Below are positions 33,426 to 42,544 of a stretch of DNA of 64,000 nt, piece after piece. Origin of the DNA: Fidelibacterota bacterium (GTDB taxonomy: Bacteria > Fidelibacterota > Fidelibacteria > Fidelibacterales > Fidelibacteraceae); contig JAXHMX010000002.1 of assembly GCA_034521145.1 (NCBI GenBank), positions 65,670-129,669 on the forward strand, written 5' to 3'. How positions within the stretch are numbered: the first letter of the stretch is position 1; every line of letters starts with the position of its first letter. Position numbers and translations under genes: made by a program. Under the pieces are notes generated by a model, which worked only from the letters and a program-made list of their open reading frames with translations, was not told where the DNA came from and searched no databases.

Positions 33426-33905
33426 TCAGTTGAAGAACAATTCCTTTCCGAAAAGCCATAACATGATCCCGGAAGTAATAAGCTTTAAAATGGTTCCGGT
33501 CAGAAAACCCATAAAAGATCCGAAGCCGGACCGCAGAGCGGAGTTTGAATCTTTTCCCGAACTGAGTTCTCCGATAACGGCACCGACAAAGGGCCCGATA
33601 ATGATCCCCAGTGGAAATAAGAAAAGTCCCGCGATAAGTCCGATCACACTTCCCCACACGCCGCGTTTACTCCCGCCCGAACGGCGGGTGCCGAATGCCG
33701 GAATTGCAAAATCCAGGGCATATACCACTGCCGTAATAATTCCCCAGGTGATCAGAATGTTCGGAGCAAAGTGATAGTTTTCCGTAAAATGCAGTAGCAA
33801 TAATCCTATATAACTCAGGGGTGGTCCGGGTAAGACCGGCAATATACTTCCTATTATACCGCTGAGCATTAAGACGACCCCGAGAATAATGAATACATAG
33901 TCCAT
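33426..33905 (-). CDS. DUF456-family membrane protein
   Basis: MDYVFIILG...ILPVLPGPPLSYIGLLLL pattern, 4 TM. Start taken at the internal Met. Confidence 0.5.
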   Translation of the reverse strand: MDYVFIILGVVLMLSGIIGSILPVLPGPPLSYIGLLLLHFTENYHFAPNILITWGIITAVVYALDFAIPAFGTRRSGGSKRGVWGSVIGLIAGLFLFPLGIIIGPFVGAVIGELSSGKDSNSALRSGFGSFMGFLTGTILKLITSGIMLWLFGKELFFN

Positions 33906-34170
33906 AGAGCTTCCGGTTTTATGAATTTTTGCGGACCAGCGGACCTTTATTAAGCCCAATGGTCCGGCAGTAAAAATTTATTATAATCCATCTGTATTTG
34001 CAATGCGTTTCGAATAAACATTCCGTTGCCGTTTTTCTTTTGTTGTGACAAATTAATTGCATTTAACAATTGAAAACGGTCTTTTATTATATTACTTTAT
34101 TTTACTTCATTTTTGATCGTGGGATAGCAAAAATGAAATATAAATTTTCTAATTATGAAAGGCGAAAATT

Positions 34171-35013
34171 ATGCTAAAGCCCGGTGTCATTCCATCTGCG
34201 GAACCCAGAATCAGGGTGGGGATCGTACTTCCAAAGGATGATCAGAAAAAGATAACTGCCTTTTTTTCCAACATGTGTGATTTTGAAATGGCAGTCGACA
34301 CGCTAACGTTTTCGACTTGCGAAGTCCCGAGTATTCTTTTTAAAGCCGAAAATAATGGTATTACTTTCACGATCGACGGAAAACAATATGATAAAGTGCA
34401 TAAGGTTGTTTTCCGGCCGATAAAGGAAACCGCCTATATCACGCTGGACCCTGTGGTATCGGGCCGTGAATTCCACTGGCGAAAATATATCAGTGTCAGA
34501 GTGCCGGAAAAAGTGGAGATCTTCCTTTCCGGAGGAAGTCTGCTGGTCGTTAATGAACTCCCGCTGGAAAAATACCTGTCCTGTGTGGCAACTTCCGAAA
34601 TGGGCGCCGCCTGTCCGCCCGCACTGATCGAATCACAAACGGTCGTGGCTCGCTCCTGGATGCTTGCCAATGTTGAACAAAAGCATGTCCATCTCGGTAT
34701 TGATGTCTGTAACGACGACTGCTGTCAGCGATATCAGGGATTGAATAATCTCACCGAAAACAGTAAGAAGGGCGCGGAATCCACCCGCGGCAGGGTCATC
34801 ACGTATAAGAATGAGATATGTGATGCGCGTTATTCGAAATCCTGCGGCGGAAAGATGGAGGTTTTTGAAAACCTCTGGGAAGACACTCCGCTGCCCTATA
34901 TGCAGAACATTCCCGATATGCCGGAAGGGCATACTGTTCCGGATCTGACAATAGAGGAAAATGCCAGAAAATGGATCATGTCCACACCCAGGGAAGCTTT
35001 CTGCAGTTCTTGA
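34171..35013 (+). CDS. SpoIID/LytB-domain protein, N-terminal fragment (frameshifted gene)
   Basis: LEKYLSCVATSEMGAACPPALIESQTVVARSWML matches the SpoIID core. It ends prematurely at ~34990. Confidence 0.65.
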   Translation: MLKPGVIPSAEPRIRVGIVLPKDDQKKITAFFSNMCDFEMAVDTLTFSTCEVPSILFKAENNGITFTIDGKQYDKVHKVVFRPIKETAYITLDPVVSGREFHWRKYISVRVPEKVEIFLSGGSLLVVNELPLEKYLSCVATSEMGAACPPALIESQTVVARSWMLANVEQKHVHLGIDVCNDDCCQRYQGLNNLTENSKKGAESTRGRVITYKNEICDARYSKSCGGKMEVFENLWEDTPLPYMQNIPDMPEGHTVPDLTIEENARKWIMSTPREAFCSS

Positions 35014-35494
35014 TACCGTACCGGAAAACACATTGAAAAAATATATCGGTGCCTGTGATGAAGAAGGGGAATACTTTCGCTGGACCGTAGAGATCAGTAA
35101 TGGCGATCTATCTGCCAATCTCCGGGATAAACTCGGAATTGAGGTCAAAGATGTACTGGACATGCAGATCCGGAAACGCGGCGGAAGTGCCAGATCCCTG
35201 GAATTAGTGATCGTCTATCTTGATTTCAACGATAAACAGCATGAAACCGTTGTTTATAAAGATTACAATGCGCGCCTTGTGCTTCATCCGAAATTTCTCT
35301 ACTCCTCCGCGGTGATCATCGATAAGATTGGAAGCGGAGAGATCCCGAAACGTTTTATCTATCACGGCGCGGGATGGGGACACGGTGCGGGCATGTGCCA
35401 GATCGGCGCTCTCGGCATGTCACTGAAAGGGTATTCCACCGAAGAGATCCTGGAACACTATTATCCGGGAAGCACATACACGAAGATCTATTAA
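34961..35494 (+). CDS. SpoIID/LytB-domain protein, C-terminal fragment
   Basis: GHGAGMCQIGALGMSLKGYSTEEILEHYYPG (SpoIID C-terminal signature) in the +1 frame relative to the upstream fragment. Confidence 0.65.
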   Translation: MPENGSCPHPGKLSAVLDTVPENTLKKYIGACDEEGEYFRWTVEISNGDLSANLRDKLGIEVKDVLDMQIRKRGGSARSLELVIVYLDFNDKQHETVVYKDYNARLVLHPKFLYSSAVIIDKIGSGEIPKRFIYHGAGWGHGAGMCQIGALGMSLKGYSTEEILEHYYPGSTYTKIY

Positions 35495-35506
35495 TAAGGA
35501 TGATCT

Positions 35507-36565
35507 ATGAGTAAAAAAAATGTTGAGAACAAAAAACGCCATCCTTTAAGCTGGGTTCCGTCTCTCTACTTCATTGAGGGTGTTCCTTATACCATCGTGA
35601 TGGTCGTTTCCGTCGTTATGTACAAAATGCTGGGTATCTCCAACACCGATATTGCCCTCTACACCAGTTTGCTCTACCTCCCCTGGGTGATCAAACCCCT
35701 CTGGAGTCCTGTAGTTGACAATCTGAAAACTAAGCGCTGGTGGATTTTGATCATGCAGTTCATTCTCGGTGTGTTATTCGACTGTATTGCTCTTACCATT
35801 CCCACAACAAATTTTTTCCGGATCACGATCGCGATCTTATGGCTCATGGCTTTTACCTCCGCAACACATGATATTGCTGCGGACGGTTTTTATATGATCG
35901 GTCTTAAAGAAGGGGATCAGGCTCTTTATAACGGCATACGTTCCGCATTTTACCGGGTGGCAATGCTTACCGGCCAGGGAGTTTTCGTTATCCTGGTCAG
36001 CCTGCTGATCAATGCATCCGGTATGGACAAGGTCACTATTGAGGTCAATGCGGTTCCGAAGGACGGAAAAGCGCTGATCGAGGTCCCCGAAGAAGTGGCA
36101 ATACAGGAACAGCCGGGCGAGATGTATCTGATCAATCACCCGGATGAGTTGAATATCCCTATTGAACGTGTCGATAAGGCATATGCGGATTCCGTGATCA
36201 AATCTGCCCGGGAATGGAATACCGCCCAAGGTCAGCCGGACCCGGATGAAAGCCAGAGAGAAAAAAGAGTACGCTTAAGTAAGACAGAGGATGACGGAAA
36301 TCTGGAAAAAGAAGTGCGGCCGAAAAAATTCGAGGCCTGGATCCGTTCAACTTTCGGTGTGGAAAAACCCCCGGTCACCGATTATGAGGGGAATCTGGCT
36401 ATTATCTATTTTCATCTTTCGAAGAAACCCGAAACGGATAAACCGGTCATTGTTACCTTTGGCCAGGATCGCGGTGACAGGAGCATCAAACTGGTTGAGG
36501 GCATGCGTTTTGAATTCGACGCGGGAAAACTGGAACAAACCGGTTATGGCCGTTATTCAGCTTGA
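35507..36565 (+). CDS. AmpG-like MFS permease, N-terminal fragment with a large hydrophilic insertion
   Basis: The N-terminal 6 TM resemble AmpG/PAT-family MFS (LSWVPSLYFIEGVPYTIVMVV, LYLPWVIKPLWSPVVD). Residues ~165-350 are a soluble insert. Confidence 0.6.
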   Translation: MSKKNVENKKRHPLSWVPSLYFIEGVPYTIVMVVSVVMYKMLGISNTDIALYTSLLYLPWVIKPLWSPVVDNLKTKRWWILIMQFILGVLFDCIALTIPTTNFFRITIAILWLMAFTSATHDIAADGFYMIGLKEGDQALYNGIRSAFYRVAMLTGQGVFVILVSLLINASGMDKVTIEVNAVPKDGKALIEVPEEVAIQEQPGEMYLINHPDELNIPIERVDKAYADSVIKSAREWNTAQGQPDPDESQREKRVRLSKTEDDGNLEKEVRPKKFEAWIRSTFGVEKPPVTDYEGNLAIIYFHLSKKPETDKPVIVTFGQDRGDRSIKLVEGMRFEFDAGKLEQTGYGRYSA

Positions 36566-37391
36566 TAAAAAACTAGATGAACCCAGCAGTGCCCATTTTG
36601 ATGCCAAATCCGGAAATGTAAAAATGGCCTGGTCTGTTCTGTTTTTCTGCCTTTCCGGCATGTTCTTTGTTTTCTATGTGGCGCATCGTTTTACTTTGCC
36701 AAAGGTGGAGGTTGAACGTGTTGAGCGTTCTCCCGGAGAAGCATTAAAGGATTTTCTGGCCACTTTTACCACTTTTTTCAAGAAAAACAATATCGGACTT
36801 GCACTTGCTTTCTTATTGCTATTCCGGCTTGCGGAATCCCAGCTGGTCAAATTGTCCGCTCCGTTCATGCTTGACACCCGTGAAGTAGGCGGTCTGGGAT
36901 TGACGGCCGGTGAATACGGACTGACTTACGGTACGATCGGACTGATTTTTCTCACCCTGGGAGGCATACTGGGAGGCCTGGCAGTGTCTAAAAACGGATT
37001 GAAGAAATGGATCTGGTGGTTCGCTATTGCGATCAATATTCCCAATGCCGTCTATATCTATCTTTCCTATGCACAGCCTTCAAGTCTTGCCATTATCGCT
37101 CCGGCCGTTGCCTTTGAAACCTTCGGCTACGGTTTCGGTTTTACAGCCTACATGATGTATATGATCTACTTTTCACGCGGGAAATATAAAACATCGCATT
37201 ATGCTATCTGTACGGCATTTATGGCTCTCGGCATGATGCTTCCCGGTATGATCAGCGGCTGGCTTCAGGAACTTATCGGCTATCAGCACTTCTTTATCTG
37301 GGTCATGATCGCTACGATCCCGGGATTTATTCTCCTCAAATTCCTGAAGATCGATCCGAAGTTCGGAAAGAAAGTGAAACAAACGGAATAA
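36291..37391 (+). CDS. AmpG-like MFS permease, C-terminal fragment (true junction ~36555)
   Basis: C-terminal 6 TM in the +1 frame. The first ~88 aa of this track ORF are out-of-frame overlap with the upstream fragment. Confidence 0.6.
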   Translation: MTEIWKKKCGRKNSRPGSVQLSVWKNPRSPIMRGIWLLSIFIFRRNPKRINRSLLPLARIAVTGASNWLRACVLNSTRENWNKPVMAVIQLDKKLDEPSSAHFDAKSGNVKMAWSVLFFCLSGMFFVFYVAHRFTLPKVEVERVERSPGEALKDFLATFTTFFKKNNIGLALAFLLLFRLAESQLVKLSAPFMLDTREVGGLGLTAGEYGLTYGTIGLIFLTLGGILGGLAVSKNGLKKWIWWFAIAINIPNAVYIYLSYAQPSSLAIIAPAVAFETFGYGFGFTAYMMYMIYFSRGKYKTSHYAICTAFMALGMMLPGMISGWLQELIGYQHFFIWVMIATIPGFILLKFLKIDPKFGKKVKQTE

Positions 37392-37411
37392 GAAGATCAA
37401 TACAAAAAAGC

Positions 37412-37444
37412 AAAGCCTTTCCGGATCCCGGAAAGGCTTTTTTA
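37412..37444 (+). terminator. intrinsic terminator after the ampG-like gene
   Basis: AAAGCCTTTCCGG-ATC-CCGGAAAGGCTTT followed by TTTT. Confidence 0.8.
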
Positions 37445-37682
37445 GCTTAATGCTAAAAAATAAGATTAAAACGTTATAAATAATAGAATGTCAGGGGAAT
37501 ACAGGGAATTTGATTTTATTGAACTAATAATAAAAAATTCCTGTCCGAAATGTGGTTCTTTTCACATGGAAAAGTCCCGGGGGGATCCCCTTGGGAGAAG
37601 CAAAAGAAAGACCGCCGCTTCTCTTCCGCCAACTGGCGGACTACAAAATCCTCTGCGTTCGCTAAAATGCAGAAAGGCCTTG
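37444..37682 (-). repeat. interspersed element, copy C (inverted, 5'-truncated, ~240 bp)
   Basis: The reverse complement matches element positions ~85-340. It lacks the first ~80 nt and the TTTTCTTTGG...CAAAGAAAA module. The 3'-end homology (TTATTTATAACGTTTTAATC...GCATTAAGC) runs into the terminator. Confidence 0.75.
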
Positions 37683-37908
37683 ATCTGCCGATTCGAATAA
37701 TTGTTCGCCGGTATGTGAATAAAACTTACGGGAACCGTTCAGAAGACAGGGAAAAAGCAGAGGGAGTACACGGGTACCGGACTTATTTCCGGATCCGGAA
37801 TATTACGTAACCTTACAGGAAAAATCCCATGAAGACAGAGGCATTTATCTTCGTGATTCACAAACGTAACTTCTTGACAGATGGCAAATTAAGCCTTATC
37901 TTTCCAAG

Positions 37909-38463
37909 ATGAAACGGACCTGCTACATTCTGCTGATCATGCTGTTTTTCCTGAACGGCTGTTCCCGCTATGAGAACATTAAGGGGGTGCATGTCATTCT
38001 GCAGGATCCCGAGATACGCCAGCGATACGGCGGCGAAATGGGTGCACTTGCCGACGAACTGAAAGAAGCGGGGGTAAACCTTGTCATAACTCCCGTTATG
38101 GAAGATGGTACTGCTTTTTATCCTTCGGATGTTCTCCCGCAGCGCCGTGACCACGGCACACAGCTATTGGCTTTTCGTCATGAACTTCGTCGCAGGAATA
38201 TCCGCTTTGCCGCATATATACCCATATTCACCGATGCCTATAGTTACCGTTATCAGCCCTCCCTTCGTGCCGTTAACGATTTCGGCAACAGGGAGAACCA
38301 TGAACATATGTACCCTGTTTGTCCCGGCGATGCGGAGTACCGAAATTATAAACGTGAGGCGGTTAAGGAAGTCCTGCTGATCTTACAGCCGGATATGCTT
38401 TATTTTGATGACCTCTCTTTTCCTCTCGATAAGGATATCCTGTGCGGCGGGAAATACCCGTGA
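37909..38463 (+). CDS. lipoprotein, putative glycoside-hydrolase-like TIM-barrel family, N-terminal fragment
   Basis: Lipobox LFFLNGC. Continues in another frame at ~38455. Confidence 0.35.
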   Translation: MKRTCYILLIMLFFLNGCSRYENIKGVHVILQDPEIRQRYGGEMGALADELKEAGVNLVITPVMEDGTAFYPSDVLPQRRDHGTQLLAFRHELRRRNIRFAAYIPIFTDAYSYRYQPSLRAVNDFGNRENHEHMYPVCPGDAEYRNYKREAVKEVLLILQPDMLYFDDLSFPLDKDILCGGKYP

Positions 38464-38804
38464 ATCGGCGATCTTATTGTTTTTGCGCTGACTGCAGAAA
38501 AGCTTTTTCGGAATACAGTTCGATTGCAATACCGCCGCAACTGTCAACTTCCGAAGCTGCAGCATGGATCCTCGAACATCATGAAGATGAATGGACCGGA
38601 TGGAAAAGTGATCTCATTACCTCCTATGTAAAAGAGCTTGAAAACAGTACACATGATATCATGCCCGATTGCAAGATCATGCTTGTAACCCTTCCCTGGG
38701 GTGAAGCGGAACATCATGACGGCCGGCAGCGGCTTGCGGGACATGATCTGAAGGACCTGAGTGACTATGTCGATTATTTCGTGTCCCGCCTTGTCCGCAT
38801 CTGA
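38442..38804 (+). CDS. C-terminal fragment of the same lipoprotein
   Basis: CFCADCRKAF motif. Collinear with the previous ORF after a 1-nt shift. Confidence 0.35.
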   Translation: MRREIPVNRRSYCFCADCRKAFSEYSSIAIPPQLSTSEAAAWILEHHEDEWTGWKSDLITSYVKELENSTHDIMPDCKIMLVTLPWGEAEHHDGRQRLAGHDLKDLSDYVDYFVSRLVRI

Positions 38805-39020
38805 GCGAAGAAGATCATTCCCGGCGCGTGGAACTTCGTGCCGCCTCCGAAAATCCGAAAAAATATATTATCCCTTCCTTGACGTTAAGTGTCGGGCATA
38901 AGAGTGAAAACAGTTTCAGAGAGAGTTTGGACTTTTTCAAAAATAAAGTTATTCTTTACAGCTGGACTTCTTTACTCAAGAACAGATCTTATTTAAATAT
39001 CTATTCCACGGAGTTTTGAT

Positions 39021-40262
39021 ATGAATGAAACTTCTATGATCTATCAGCTGCTCAAAGATAAAAGTCAAAAACAAGAACTGCATCCTGCACAAAAAATTGT
39101 GGTTTCGCCGGATTATGTGATTCTGAGCCATCGTTCCCTTGATAAATTATCCGGTTTTATGAAAGAAGGGGCCTGTGCAGTACCCACGATCCTGGTCAAC
39201 AATCATCTTCCAATGGAAGGAAGCAGTACGCCGGAAGATCTGGCGCTGATGGAGTCCCGCGGCGTACGGTATTACGAGATCGGACGTGGCGGAACTCCCG
39301 CAATGGTGGCAGCTGAAGAAGGTTTTGCCGTACCGGGAAATATTATGATCACCAATGACAGAAATCTTCTGGAATTGGGTGCTCTGGGTGCCTGTGTTCT
39401 GCTTGCCGAACCGGAAGATATTGCAGCGCTTCTCAAAAGCGGAAAAATAGAGATCACGGTTCCGGTGCCTTTCGGTATTGAACTCCTTGGTGAAACCGGA
39501 AAATGGACCGGCGGTATCGATATTGCTCTTTATCTGCTGGAATATGCAAACCTTCCTGAAGACCATTCGGCCGCTCTGGAAATTTATGGTGAAGGTCTTA
39601 CCGCATTATCGCTCCCGGAACGCCATAATTTACTTCGGGTGCTGATCGATCTGGGATATGAGAATGTCCTTTGCAGAGTCGATGAAAATGTCATGGCTTT
39701 CCTGCAGGACCGCAGTGAAGCGGAAGCACAATTCTATTTCCCGGCTGCCGGGAAAAAACCGGAACACCGCAGTATCCGCGTGGATCTTTCGAATATACAT
39801 CCCATGCTGGCCTGGAAAGAGAACAATGAAGTGAAGATCGGGAGTCTGACCGATAAATACGAGCTTCCCGTTCAAAATGTATTTATCGGCGGGGATACTG
39901 CCTGCCGTTTTCCGGATATTGAAGCCGGATTAACGATCACCGGCTACCGTCCGCTTCCGCCGCATGTCACTGCCAATATCCTTCCCGGCTCCCAGCTGGT
40001 TCATAACGATCTTATGGATATGGGTATTGCCGGCATTTATACTGAGATCGGTTTTACGCTGATGCCCCCGGCCTTTCTGGCACTTTTGGCCGACCACCCG
40101 GACACGGAGAGAACCAGCTTGGGGACATCAGTCAGGATACTTTTGTCCGGAGGTATGCTTGCCGGTGCATTGAATTGCTTTGCCGCTGCAATGACCGGAA
40201 AAATAACACATCCGCTCGAACTTGAATCGATGCTGAAGCACGAAGCGGAACAAGAGGATTAA
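39021..40262 (+). CDS. aconitase/3-isopropylmalate dehydratase large-subunit family homologue lacking the Fe-S cysteine ligands
   Basis: Collinear with archaeal-type LeuC/HacA (VVSPDYVILSH ~ DLALAH; ILVNNH ~ VLDHIVP; NVFIGGDTACRFPDIEAGL ~ QVFIGSCTNGRLEDL). The positions of SCTN and CGPC have no Cys. Confidence 0.55.
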   Translation: MNETSMIYQLLKDKSQKQELHPAQKIVVSPDYVILSHRSLDKLSGFMKEGACAVPTILVNNHLPMEGSSTPEDLALMESRGVRYYEIGRGGTPAMVAAEEGFAVPGNIMITNDRNLLELGALGACVLLAEPEDIAALLKSGKIEITVPVPFGIELLGETGKWTGGIDIALYLLEYANLPEDHSAALEIYGEGLTALSLPERHNLLRVLIDLGYENVLCRVDENVMAFLQDRSEAEAQFYFPAAGKKPEHRSIRVDLSNIHPMLAWKENNEVKIGSLTDKYELPVQNVFIGGDTACRFPDIEAGLTITGYRPLPPHVTANILPGSQLVHNDLMDMGIAGIYTEIGFTLMPPAFLALLADHPDTERTSLGTSVRILLSGGMLAGALNCFAAAMTGKITHPLELESMLKHEAEQED

Positions 40263-40265
40263 TGG

Positions 40266-40745
40266 ATGTCCAAAAACAAGAAACATCTGATCCTGATGAA
40301 GATATATCTGGTATTGATCATTCTGATGACCATTCCCATTTCGAACGGATGTATGCTGTTCCAGAAACGTATCAGACCGCCGTTCATGAAACGCCCCAAG
40401 ATCGTTACGATGCAGGTAACAGCGTACTGCGCCTGTCAAAAATGCACCGGCTGGGAATATAACTGGCTGGGGCGGCGCGTTTATGCCTACGGACCGCAGA
40501 AAGGGAAACCCAAAGAGATCGGATTAACCGCCGGCGGGACCAAAGCACGCCGCGGGACCATTGCAGCGGACACGAATATTTATCCGATGGGCACTATTAT
40601 GTTTATCGAAGGATACGGTTTCGGACGTGTCGAAGATCGCGGCAGTGCCATTAAAGGGCATCATATCGATCTTTTTTTCAAAAGTCATGACCGTGCAATG
40701 GAATGGGGAAATAAAATAATGAAAGTAAAAGTATGGAAACCATAA
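40266..40745 (+). CDS. 3D-domain (MltA/YocH-like) lipoprotein
   Basis: Lipobox ISNGC. 3D pattern VTAY..C..CTGW...G...A.D......G......G..GRVEDRG..I.G.HIDLF. Confidence 0.7.
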   Translation: MSKNKKHLILMKIYLVLIILMTIPISNGCMLFQKRIRPPFMKRPKIVTMQVTAYCACQKCTGWEYNWLGRRVYAYGPQKGKPKEIGLTAGGTKARRGTIAADTNIYPMGTIMFIEGYGFGRVEDRGSAIKGHHIDLFFKSHDRAMEWGNKIMKVKVWKP

Positions 40746-40760
40746 AGGCACACGTTCCGT

Positions 40761-42062
40761 TATGAAGAAAAAACCGCAAATCTCTTTTTATACATTAGGC
40801 TGTAAATTGAACCAGGCGGAAACAGCCGCCCTGAAAAATGCCGCTAAAGAAAAAGGCTATACCATTGTTCCGTTTTCCGATGCATCGGATATTATGGTCG
40901 TTAATTCCGTACCGTGACCGGCCGTGCGGACCGCAAAACCCGGCAGGCATTGTATCAGGCGCGGCGGCGCTCACCGGAGGGTATTCTTGTTCTGCTCGGT
41001 TGCTATCCCCAGGTCGATCCGGAGCAATCAACGCTTTTTAACGGCGTTGATATTGTTCTCGGTACACATGATAAATTTGATATTTTTTCGGCAATTGAGA
41101 CCTTTACGGAAACGGGCGAACAATATGTCCTCATTTCTCCCGTTGATAACAACAAACGTCCTGATTCCACTTTTATTGCGGCCACGGAGAGGACCCGTGC
41201 TTTTCTGAAGGTCCAGGAAGGCTGTGATAATTTTTGTACTTTCTGTATTGTGCCCTATGCCCGGGGAAACCCTGTCAGCAGGAATTTTCAGAATACCCTT
41301 AGCGAAGCCCGCCGGCTTGTGGATGCGGGCTATAGGGAGATCGTTCTCAGCGGTATTGATATAGGGGCGTATAAAGATGACGATAAAGATCTTTTGGAGC
41401 TGATCCGTGCACTTGAAGATATTAAGGGACTGGATCGTATCCGGATCTCTTCAATAGAAATGAATACCTTAGATGATGAACTGATCTGGCATATCGGCAG
41501 TTCGAAAAAAGTGATGCCGCATTTCCACCTGTCCCTGCAGTCCGGATCGGACACGATCTTACATGCCATGGGACGAAAATATCTCAGCGGGGATTTTACC
41601 CGTAAAGTGGAGACAATCCGTCATTATATTCCTGATGCGTCCATCGGCACCGATGTGATCGTCGGATTCCCCGGTGAAAGCGATGCCTTGTTCATCGAGA
41701 CCATGAGCTATATCAATAAGATCGCCTTTTCCTACCTTCACATTTTTCGTTATTCGGCCCGTAAGAGAACACCCGCAGCAACCATGAAAGAACCGGTGTC
41801 CGAAAATCGTAAAAAAGAGCGCGCTTCCCTGCTTAATGATACGGACCGTCTGCTCCGGGAAAAATATGCCACCGGTTTTTACGGAACCCGCCAGCCGGTA
41901 CTCTGGGAAAATTTTGAAGAAGGAATGCTTTACGGGCATACGCCGCATTATCTTCAGGTGCGGATACCGGGACAGGCCAAACGAAAAACACCGTTTCAGA
42001 GATCATGCTGGAACGTGATAACATCCTTTTGTAATTCCTTTATCAAAAATTGTATTGCATAG
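40761..42062 (+). CDS. mtaB: MiaB-like tRNA methylthiotransferase (MtaB/RimO type), frameshifted
   Basis: An N-terminal MTTase fragment (ISFYTLGCKLNQAE...VVNS) ends at ~40905. The rest, including the radical-SAM CDNFCTFCIVP motif, lies in the -1 frame. A deleted T in CTGT restores NSCTVTGRA. Confidence 0.75.
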
Positions 42063-42063
42063 A

Positions 42064-42090
42064 AAAAAACCGGGATCCCGGTTTTTTTAT
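42064..42090 (+). terminator. intrinsic terminator after mtaB
   Basis: AAAAAAACCGGGATCCCGGTTTTTTT. Confidence 0.8.
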
Positions 42091-42149
42091 TTTCAGCGCT
42101 TTTTTTCGGGATCTATTACGTAATTGATTCCTGATGGTAATTTTGTAAG

Positions 42150-42528
42150 CATAAAATCGTTATAATTAATTGAATATCATAAATCTGAATACGATTTCAT
42201 TGTTTTTCCAATAAAGATGGACAAAATGCTTTCAAATGTGGTTCTTGTGAGACAAAAGAATGGAAAAAAGAGTAAACAACGTTACTACTGTAATATTTGA
42301 CATTGCATCTGTCGCAAATGAAAATAGCCTACAAGCTAGATGAATCTTCCTTGTCCAAGGGAAAGGAAGCAAAAGAAAGACCGCCGCTCCTCTTCCGCCA
42401 TTGGCAGACTACAAAATCCTCTGCGTTCGCTAAAATGCAGAAAGGTCTCGCTCCGCTCAACCGCTGCATTTTTTTACGCTCTCTTATCGGATTTTCTTCA
42501 CGCGTCGTCGCGATGCGGCATGGAAGAT
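42150..42528 (-). repeat. interspersed element, copy D (inverted, central module replaced)
   Basis: The reverse complement matches the element's 5' ~165 nt and 3' ~100 nt. The central ~75 nt is replaced by an unrelated ~120-nt segment (42245-42345). The TCCGCC/GGCGGA hairpin is degraded (CCGCCATTGGCAGA). Confidence 0.75.
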
Positions 42529-42544
42529 CTTGTATAAATCAGCC

